Assembly (NCBI GenBank): GCA_046582655.1
Contig: JAYGDX010000259.1
Span: 5,250-69,249 of the forward strand
DNA from: Candidatus Poribacteria bacterium
Lineage (GTDB): Bacteria > Poribacteria > WGA-4E > UBA9662
Direction: 5' to 3'
DNA: 64,000 nucleotides
Every line of letters begins with the position of its first letter. Position 1 is the stretch's first letter. Shown here in pieces: positions 20,263 through 28,261 of the stretch. Below the pieces are notes generated by a model that was given only the letters and a program-made list of their open reading frames with translations, had not been told where the DNA came from and searched no databases. A program made the translations under genes and the position numbers.

Positions 20263-21327
20263 ATGACAGCGGGATCTCTATCGCTGATCGATGCCGACGT
20301 GCATAATTACACTCGCTCGGTTGACGATTTGATGCCGCATTTGTCAGAGCGATGGAAGGCCTACATCGTCCAAGGCGGGTTCAAAATGCCGGGGGTGAGC
20401 TTGTATCCGAAAGTGTACGCACAGGCTGCACGACGTGACGCGATTCCCTATGAGGGTGGGGTTGCTGGCTCTGAGCCAGAATTTGCAAAAGAACAGCTGC
20501 TCGATATGTGGGGAATTGACTACGGAATCCTGAATCCGCTGATCGGTGTGCCGCAGATCAAGAACCCCGACCTCGGACGAGCTTTGATGCGAGCTGTCAA
20601 CGACTGGACAAAGACTGACTGGCTCGATTCTGATCCGAGGTGGCTTGGCTCAATCTTGGTCCACCCTGGTGATCCGGAAGGGTCAGCGAAAGAAATACAT
20701 CGTCTCGCAGATGACAGGCGTTTCGTCCAAGTACTGCTGATGGCTCGCTCTAGCATGCCCTATGGAAAGTGGCAGATGGATCCTATCTATGAAGCTGCGT
20801 GCGGAGCCGAATTGCCAATTGGGATTCACTTTGGTGGAGGGGGCGATGTTCCGATCACAGCTGTGGGATGGCCATCATATTATATCGAGGACCACACGGG
20901 AATGGTACAGGCTTTTGAGAGCCAGGTGATCAGCTTAGTCTGTGAAGGCACCTTCGTCAGGTTTCCTAAATTGCGGGTCGTCCTGATCGAAAGTGGTTTC
21001 GCCTGGCTGCCAGCACTGATGTGGCGTCTCGACCAGAACTATCGTGGGCTGCGTGATGAGGTGCCATGGCTTAAGAAACTACCGAGTGAGTACATTCTGG
21101 AACACTTCCGAGCGACAACGCAGCCGATGGAAGAACCTCCAAATCTACAGCATCTCGTGCAGATTCTAGATATGATCGGTTCGGACGATTTCCTAATGTT
21201 TGCGACGGATTATCCTCACTGGGACTTTGATGCACCGAATCAGGCAATTCCGAACGTGATCACGGGTGAATTACGAGAAAGAATTATGTGGAAAAACGCT
21301 GCCGTGTTCTACGGGCTGGGGTCGTAA
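20263..21327 (+). CDS. Amidohydrolase-2 family (ACMSD-like) metal-dependent hydrolase.
   Basis: The 354-aa ORF shows LIDADVHNY near the N-terminus, the Asp/His-rich TIM-barrel segments GIHFGGGG and FATDYPHWDF, and the overall length and pattern of PF04909 proteins. Its TAA stop abuts the ATG of the next gene (TAAATG). Confidence 0.85.
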   Translation: MTAGSLSLIDADVHNYTRSVDDLMPHLSERWKAYIVQGGFKMPGVSLYPKVYAQAARRDAIPYEGGVAGSEPEFAKEQLLDMWGIDYGILNPLIGVPQIKNPDLGRALMRAVNDWTKTDWLDSDPRWLGSILVHPGDPEGSAKEIHRLADDRRFVQVLLMARSSMPYGKWQMDPIYEAACGAELPIGIHFGGGGDVPITAVGWPSYYIEDHTGMVQAFESQVISLVCEGTFVRFPKLRVVLIESGFAWLPALMWRLDQNYRGLRDEVPWLKKLPSEYILEHFRATTQPMEEPPNLQHLVQILDMIGSDDFLMFATDYPHWDFDAPNQAIPNVITGELRERIMWKNAAVFYGLGS

Positions 21328-21699
21328 ATGCCTGTATCTAGCCAGAATCACGATGTTGGGCAAGTCGACGCGTTCGAATCAGGAAGACCCTACGTCGTTT
21401 GTGTGGCAGGCAGGGATGTGGTTCTCGTCCGGCGGGGAAATGAGTTCTTTGCGATTCGGGACGTGTGTCCCCACCACGGAGCGAAACTATCCGATGGCCT
21501 GTTGACAGGAGAAGTATCAGCTAGCCGGCCTGGCGAGCAACCCGAACTGCTGCGTAAGGATGAGTTCCTAGTGTGTCCCTGACATGGTTGGAAGATTGAT
21601 GTTCGTACGGGGTGTTCATCGCTAGAGCCGGATTGCATCAGGGTAAGACGGTATGGCGTTCACATCGAGGGGGGACGTGTTCTTGTGGCTCTCTCGTGA
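21328..21699 (+). pseudogene. Rieske [2Fe-2S] ferredoxin (NirD-like, about 123 aa) interrupted by an in-frame TGA at the conserved Trp of the CPWHGW box.
   Basis: ORF 21328..21582 contains Rieske box 1 (CPHHGAKLSDG) and ends ...LVCP-TGA (21580-21582). The same frame continues HGWKIDVRTG...YGVHIEGGRVLVALS to a TGA at 21697-21699. A single TGG to TGA change would account for this. Confidence 0.7.
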
Positions 21700-22100
21700 A
21701 AACAAGATAATTTGAATCGACTGACGAAACTCGAATTCCCATGGCTTCAATTCCAACTGGTGATGAAATCGTCCACTTGGAAATTCTCCAGCATATGGTT
21801 CATTTCATATCGGCTCTTGACCCCCTGAAAAATGGTTAGTCGCTACTTTGCTCGATACCTGAAAATTTAGAGGTTAAGCAGAAAGGCAAGAACTTTCATG
21901 TTGTTAGACATGCAGTGGTGAATAAAATTGGGTTAGTGCTGTCCAACCATCGCAGAAATTCGTTAAAACCGGCATGAGGATGAAAACAAATATTGGGTAT
22001 CTGTTGAGCGTAAAGTATTCGGGCAGTCGAGTTCTATGAAGTAGCTCCAGTTTGAAATCGAGTATCCGCTGATTGAATACCGGCATGGCACCTCATCCAA

Positions 22101-22232
22101 CTACTCAGAGGTCGGAGGGATGTCCTGCCAGTCTACCCAAGGGGCATGGTCTCTAGCTTCCAACTCATGGTGCAGGCGTTGAGCGAACTCTATATCTTTA
22201 CGCAAATAAGAGATGAATACGTCGGACATCAT
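22101..22232 (-). pseudogene. TIR-domain N-terminal remnant (43 codons then TAG).
   Basis: The minus-strand translation from ATGATG at 22232 reads MMSDVFISYLRKDIEFAQRLHHELEARDHAPWVDWQDIPPTSE. This is the classic DVFISYSRKD...L...G..VWvDwedI start of bacterial TIR domains. No TIR continuation is detectable in any frame downstream. Confidence 0.5.
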
Positions 22233-22501
22233 TTAGTTGACCTCAAGCATACAGCATATCGGCATTATCAGTTCAAAACCAAGATTTCATACTTTGCTTT
22301 TTCCTTGGCAGTCAACTGAGGGGTGGCTCGACTTTCAGTGATTTGCAATAACTCTTCAATGTCTGTAATGTAGATTTGGACAATGCCATTTGCTCTCTTT
22401 GATATTCGATTAGAAAAGAAGCCCATGGGAGCTAAGCAAGGATATACAAAGTTAGATTGGAAATCCCAGTTTAACTGGAAGTACTTGAGAAGGGGAATAC
22501 C

Positions 22502-23082
22502 ATGCCGGGAAATCCTATTTTTGTGTTTGCAGTCTTAATTTGCTTGATGGCAAGTGTGTCGTGTGCTTACGAACATGCGGGAAATATAACTGGCTGGAAC
22601 CTCTATGGGACATGCCAGAATGAAATAACTTTTAACTGTACAAACCAACAAATAATAAAAATAAATATTTTAACCGACAATATATTTCGGGTGAGATTCT
22701 CCGCCGATGGGTCACTACCAGCTTCAAGGATGATTGGACAATGGAATCTTGTACGTTCGAACAACGGTTTTCCCACCCCGACTTTACTGCTGTGGATGAG
22801 GAAAAGGCTGTTTTGATAAACACAGCAGAACTCGAGATAAAAATAGATAAAAGTCCTTTCCTCATTAGCATTTTCGACAGAGAAAACCGCTTAATAGCTA
22901 AAAAAGCGCTTCCCTGGGAATGGGCAGCGATGGTGATGCCTATTTACAAATGGATTAGCTTGCTGATGAGCACCTTTTTGGTGTGGTTGAGGGACTCGGT
23001 GCGATAAAACGAGATGTTCCTTTTGAAGCAGCGAAAATTTCAAGCATAGAACTGCATGGGATAGAACCCAAAGAAGGGTGAT
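22502..23082 (+). pseudogene. GH31-like (alpha-glucosidase/xylosidase-type) N-terminal remnant, frameshifted and truncated.
   Basis: Three successive reading frames carry the fragments. Frame A (22502..22816) has a lipoprotein-like signal plus IIKINILTDNIFRVRFSADGSLPAS. Frame B (22741..23007) has DKSPFLISIFDRENRLIAKKALPWEW. Frame C (22971..23082) has HLFGVVEGLGAIKRDVPF (compare YGLGE). The fragments end where the converging MFS gene begins. Confidence 0.45.
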
Positions 23083-23097
23083 AACTCTGGGCCAAAC

Positions 23098-24306
23098 TTA
23101 TATTGTGTTTTCTAAAGGACTTTGCGGTTCCTTACCGAATATATGGGTGATTAAAGCAGCCAAAAGGGCGATAATGGATGAAATCCTAAACATCACAAAT
23201 CTACCGTGTGTTTTTTCAATCCCACCACATATTTTCCCCCCGATCATCCCACCCAATCCCCAAACAATACCACTGTATAAAGTTTGTCCACTGGCACGAA
23301 CCTGATCCGGCAACATGGTACTGATGAAGTTAACGATTCCAATATGAAAGGCAGTATAAGTTAGCGCATGAAAAAGTTGCAGAAACAAGATCGCGATTAT
23401 TGATGGTTTCAGCGAATAGAAAAATAATCTCATGGCCATACCTAGCATACCGATAATCACTATCCATTTTATTCCGGTCCATTTTATTAGATTACCGATA
23501 ACAAACATCATCCCAATCTCTGATGCAACGCCTAATGCCCAGAAGAATCCCTGTGAACTGTCAGGGACTCCAAGATCTTCAAGATAAATTGAAAAGAAAA
23601 TATAATAAGCCTGCATAGCTGCCCTGGCCATTAACCCTGTAATCAAAGTTAATACAAAGTTGACGGTGATAAAGCGGTTGAGCTGGTTCCATTTGAAAGG
23701 TTCTCTAACCTCCACTTCAGCAGGATTTGGAATCATCAGTACCCACACGACACCTAATAACCTAAAAGTACTGAAAAATATAAATACCGATAATAGTCCA
23801 TAGCCAAACTCTGAGGTGATGTTTCCCTCGAACTCGTCCTTAATCATCAACTTAAATAGGAGCATTGAAATTCCAATTCCAATCGATCCCCAAAGTCGTA
23901 TTCGGCCGTAGTCGCCCCCATGTTGCTTAATGAAACCCAACGTCAGTGCATCATTGATCGGGGCAACAGGCGTTTCCAAAAAGGAAAAAAGCATAATAAT
24001 ACCCAATATAGCATAATAGTTTTTTGTAAAAAGCAACAATGGGTATACCAAACTGGCAGACAAGAAAAGCAGAGCTATGATTCGTCTCATGTCCTTGACT
24101 GAATCAGCAACAATCCCCCAAATTGGCGAGGAGAATATGCTCATGAATGAAAAGATGGCAGCAACGGTTCCAAGCTGCGAACTATTTAACCCCGCACGCT
24201 TTAGGTAGAGATTCATGTAGATGAGTATTCCACTTTTTGGACTAAGCGAAATAAAGTGGAGCAAGCTATAATGGCGGCGGGAACTTTTATTAGTAATTTC
24301 TGTCAT
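23098..24306 (-). CDS. Major facilitator superfamily transporter.
   Basis: 402-aa ORF with about 12 hydrophobic helices and the MFS loop motif (GIVADSVKDMRRII). The start is ATG and the stop TAA. Confidence 0.85.
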   Translation of the reverse strand: MTEITNKSSRRHYSLLHFISLSPKSGILIYMNLYLKRAGLNSSQLGTVAAIFSFMSIFSSPIWGIVADSVKDMRRIIALLFLSASLVYPLLLFTKNYYAILGIIMLFSFLETPVAPINDALTLGFIKQHGGDYGRIRLWGSIGIGISMLLFKLMIKDEFEGNITSEFGYGLLSVFIFFSTFRLLGVVWVLMIPNPAEVEVREPFKWNQLNRFITVNFVLTLITGLMARAAMQAYYIFFSIYLEDLGVPDSSQGFFWALGVASEIGMMFVIGNLIKWTGIKWIVIIGMLGMAMRLFFYSLKPSIIAILFLQLFHALTYTAFHIGIVNFISTMLPDQVRASGQTLYSGIVWGLGGMIGGKICGGIEKTHGRFVMFRISSIIALLAALITHIFGKEPQSPLENTI

Positions 24307-24400
24307 TGGAAGAATATATTTCAGCCAGAAGCTTGAAACTTCAAAGAAATTAGATTTGATGTAATGCCTATAGCATACAGGAAGTAACGAATGGACTAAC

Positions 24401-25792
24401 TCAAGACCGGTAAGCTTCCCAAAAGGCTTGTCCTTGTTCCTGTATGTCTCCGTATTCAGTTTGCCACTGCTTAAGTTCGTTTCTTAACCGCTTTAGTGTT
24501 TCTATATATTGACCATTATTGCTCAAGTTAACAGTTTCTCGCGGATCGTTTAACAAGTCAAAGAGCTGTGTTTGAGCATGTCTGTCACCGACAACATATT
24601 CAATCAATTTATATTGTTGATCACGGATACCCCTCTGCAGTCCTTCGTAGGCAAAGTGCAGGTATTCTCGAATTTGTTCCGCTGGTCGTTCAAGATGAGG
24701 AATCAAGCTTTTGCCCTCTACTGTTTTTGGATATTGAATCCCGATTAAATCACAGAGTGTCGGAAAAATATCGATCAGGTAAGTTAATGCTTTTCGCCTT
24801 TCGCCTGATGGGATGTTAGGGCCAGCTAGAATGAGGGGAACATGTACACTGTGATCATAAACATTTTGTTTGCCCATTAAACCATGTTGACCAATCGCCA
24901 GTCCATTATCACCAGCGAACAGTATAATTGTGTCATCTAGAATTCCTTTCTCTTTTAGTTTGTTCATTACTCGACCGACAGCTGCATCCAAATGGCTAAT
25001 CATGGCATAATATTCGGCAATGTGTCGTTGTACCTCTGATTTGGTTCGGGGAAATTCTGCCAGCAGTTCATCGCGCCCTTTCATCCAACCGTTGTCGAAT
25101 GGATGCTCCGGCACGAAATTCTCAGGTATCTCGATTTTTCGCGGATCATACATCTGTAAAAAATCTTCCGGCATACTCCGCGGATCGTGGGGTGCCATGA
25201 ATGAAACATAGGCGAAGAAGGGGGTATCATCGGATTGGTTCTCAATAAAGTCGATAGTTGCCTCAGTGAACAGGTCGGTAGAGTGTTTACCTGCGGTGAT
25301 ACGGTCGCAACGTTGCCAACTGACGTGGTTGTTGCTATGCGGATTATCGATTTTGGGATTGATGGGATAATTGCCGGTTGGATCATAATCGCAGGCAGGA
25401 ACATTCCAGTGATCCGCCATTCCACCAAAGAAAATCTCGGCTCCGGCATTAAAACTTCGGGCATAAGAACGGATGCCGTTATGCCATTTCCCAGTACCGA
25501 ACGAAGTATAACCTGCCTGTTGAAGCGTTTCACCTAACAGGGCATGTTCCTCTGGTATAGATTGCCCCTGCCGGTCAAGATGATAGAGTGTTCGTCCGGT
25601 ATGAAGCATTCCGCGGCTGGGCATACATACCGCTCCACATGATCCGCCCATGATGTAACTGTTAACAAATGTTGTTCCTTGAGATACAATTTGATCGAGA
25701 TTCGGTGTGGAAATCTCAGGGTTATTGACACTTCCAATTGTGTCAAATCGTTGGTCATCTGTGAAGAAAAAAACGATATTCGGTTGATCCAT
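24401..25792 (-). CDS. Cys-type sulfatase (arylsulfatase family), with no signal peptide.
   Basis: The 463-aa ORF starts MDQPNIVFFFTDDQRFD and has the active-site signature SCGAVCMPSRGMLHTG (C-x-P-s-R-xxx-L-TG). It ends with a TGA stop. Confidence 0.9.
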   Translation of the reverse strand: MDQPNIVFFFTDDQRFDTIGSVNNPEISTPNLDQIVSQGTTFVNSYIMGGSCGAVCMPSRGMLHTGRTLYHLDRQGQSIPEEHALLGETLQQAGYTSFGTGKWHNGIRSYARSFNAGAEIFFGGMADHWNVPACDYDPTGNYPINPKIDNPHSNNHVSWQRCDRITAGKHSTDLFTEATIDFIENQSDDTPFFAYVSFMAPHDPRSMPEDFLQMYDPRKIEIPENFVPEHPFDNGWMKGRDELLAEFPRTKSEVQRHIAEYYAMISHLDAAVGRVMNKLKEKGILDDTIILFAGDNGLAIGQHGLMGKQNVYDHSVHVPLILAGPNIPSGERRKALTYLIDIFPTLCDLIGIQYPKTVEGKSLIPHLERPAEQIREYLHFAYEGLQRGIRDQQYKLIEYVVGDRHAQTQLFDLLNDPRETVNLSNNGQYIETLKRLRNELKQWQTEYGDIQEQGQAFWEAYRS

Positions 25793-26164
25793 GAATTTAT
25801 TCCTTTCCTTTCAATCCACACTTCTGTTGAAGTAAGAACATGTCCTTCAGTGCCCTGTCTGAACGGGCATCAGTATCAAGGATCTGCTTTAGTATAATCG
25901 TATATTGACCAAATTAGTAGCAGATAAACCATGTAGACTTGAAGACCGAGCATCAAGTTACCCGTTAGACTCCAATAATTTTATTGACCTTAGATCTGAA
26001 AATAGTTAAGATATGTTGCGTTTTGATAATTGGATCTTAGGGCAATTGTCGATTAACATTTACAAGCACTTTTTCGCGCAAAAATTGAAATTATAGTAGT
26101 ATAAGGAGCAAGTCTGAATGCCATCTTTTAGCGGGACTGGCTATTTGACTTCTGTAGGAGCTTT

Positions 26165-27061
26165 ATGGGATTAAGTCAAGAACAACTCCAACATTTTAAA
26201 GAAGAAGGTTTTTTACTAATTCGGGATGCTTTAGCCGATAGCGATCTGGATTCGGTCATTCGGGAGTACGAAGAACACATTGATCAACGGGCTAGAGAAT
26301 TGTTAGATCAAGGTAAACTTTCACGACTCTATAAAGATCAGTCCTTTGAACGTCGGCTTGTCTGCATTTGTCGGGAGAACAATGAGATCTATTCTGAACT
26401 TGATATTATGCACTTACGTGGTAAAGCTTCCTTTGATTTTCTGCGCAACAAAAATCTGATGAAAATCGTGACCTCTATCGTGGGTACAGAAATTACTTGT
26501 AGTCCGGTCCAGCATATCCGTGCCAAATTGCCGGTGGGCTTGACCCCAGAAGGGGCTGACGCCCATGTCGCTCCATGGCACCAAGATGCTGGGGTAACAT
26601 GGGAAGAAGCAGATCCCTACTTTATCCTGACGGTTTGGATTCCTCTGACCGAAGCAACCGAAAAAAACGGTTTTTTGCAAATTATTCCACGTGTCCATGG
26701 TATTGGGCTTTTGGCACATCACTCTAAAGCTGGGGTCGGAACTACCATTATTGATGAGGAAATACCACCACAGGCAATGTTGAATTTACCCATGCAAAAG
26801 GGAAGTGTTCTGCTAATACATAAGGAAACACCTCATCGGTCAACACCCAACCAATCTGATACTGTCCGTTGGAGTATGGATCTTCGGTATCAGAAGACTG
26901 GCACGCCAACCGGACGTCCCTTCCATCCGGATTTTGTCGTTTATAGCCAGTCCAATCCAGGTTCGGTACTGGACGATCACGAACAGTGGAGGAATATGTG
27001 GATTCAGGCACTTGAAAACAGTAGAGGCGTCCAAGCTCATCGTTGGTCACAAAAAAGTTAA
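26165..27061 (+). CDS. PhyH-family Fe(II)/2-oxoglutarate oxygenase, paralog 3.
   Basis: The N-terminus FKEEGFLLIRDAL, HxD (WHQDAGV) and a distal His (HKETPHRSTPN) are present in the 298-aa ORF. Confidence 0.85.
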   Translation: MGLSQEQLQHFKEEGFLLIRDALADSDLDSVIREYEEHIDQRARELLDQGKLSRLYKDQSFERRLVCICRENNEIYSELDIMHLRGKASFDFLRNKNLMKIVTSIVGTEITCSPVQHIRAKLPVGLTPEGADAHVAPWHQDAGVTWEEADPYFILTVWIPLTEATEKNGFLQIIPRVHGIGLLAHHSKAGVGTTIIDEEIPPQAMLNLPMQKGSVLLIHKETPHRSTPNQSDTVRWSMDLRYQKTGTPTGRPFHPDFVVYSQSNPGSVLDDHEQWRNMWIQALENSRGVQAHRWSQKS

Positions 27062-27134
27062 AGGACATTATTGGTTTTCTTACCAAGCAACTTGTGGTCC
27101 TGTCTTACAATTTGCAAGAAGAGTATTGTAATTA

Positions 27135-27908
27135 TTAAACACTAGCAATATATCCTCCATCCACAACTAATGATGTCCCTGTAATCCATTCAGCATCATC
27201 TGAGGCGAGAAAAACTGCGGATCGCGCAATATCCCTCGGTAGACCAAAACGCGGCAAAGGGGTTCTTTGTCGAACTTCTTCAATCTGATCCAGCGTGAGA
27301 TAGTCTTGAATAGCGGTCTCAATATAGCCCGGGCATATAGCGTTAACGGTGATGTTTTCTTGCGCGACTTCCAGCGCCATATCCCGAGCCATATTGACGA
27401 CCGCAGCCTTAGCTGGAGCGTATGCTGGTCCTGCGCCGCCTCCGTAGGCGTGGACAGAAGCAATCTGAATTATCCGTCCATACTTAGATTTTCTCAAATG
27501 TGGAATAGCAATTTTTGTAGCAACAAAGATAGAACGCAAATCGACACCAACCACTTTATCCCAGTCAGCAATTGAAATTTCTTGGCTGTTTCCGGGTATG
27601 TGTATACCCGCGTTATTGACAAGTATATCCAGCCCACCAAAATGTTCCACCGTTTTCTGGATCAGGAGATCAACCTGGGAGTCATCAGCCATATCTGTTT
27701 GAACAAACAAACCTTGGGCACCGAGTTTCTCAATTTCTTCGACCGTAGGCGTTATTGTATTTTTTTCGTGATATTTACCACGACTTGGAGCCTCTTGAAT
27801 ATCAGTTACCACGACTTGAGCTCCTTCACGAGCGAATTCAGTTGCTATCCCTCGACCGATTCCCGAACTCCCTCCGGTTACGATGGCAATTCGATTCTCT
27901 AGCAGCAT
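27135..27908 (-). CDS. Short-chain dehydrogenase/reductase (SDR) family oxidoreductase.
   Basis: The cofactor motif TGGSSGIGRG, the NNAG motif and the catalytic YxxxK (YAPAKAAV) are all present in the 257-aa ORF. Confidence 0.9.
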   Translation of the reverse strand: MLLENRIAIVTGGSSGIGRGIATEFAREGAQVVVTDIQEAPSRGKYHEKNTITPTVEEIEKLGAQGLFVQTDMADDSQVDLLIQKTVEHFGGLDILVNNAGIHIPGNSQEISIADWDKVVGVDLRSIFVATKIAIPHLRKSKYGRIIQIASVHAYGGGAGPAYAPAKAAVVNMARDMALEVAQENITVNAICPGYIETAIQDYLTLDQIEEVRQRTPLPRFGLPRDIARSAVFLASDDAEWITGTSLVVDGGYIASV

Positions 27909-28261
27909 ACAAACCTCTTAGGTGAAGCGTCTTATGGTATGAAATGACTTCTTAATTAGGAAACTTTCTGAGTCAATGTAAGCCAAAATACCAGTTATAA
28001 TAAATTATTTGGTGTTACCAGTAGCACGCAGAGATAGCGCAACCTTCAGAGGGCCAAAGGAATTTATAAAACATAAGGGCAAAAAACAGGGTTGATTAAT
28101 ATCAGTATAGCGCCACTGAATATAGTACATGACGGGGCATCAGGGAATCGAAGCGTAATAGGATAGCAAAAGATAGTTTTGGGTTCCTTTATATCGAACA
28201 ATTCCCAAATACCAGATTAACCCAATAAGCTTACAATTAGGCAATCCGCTTAACTTAATTG

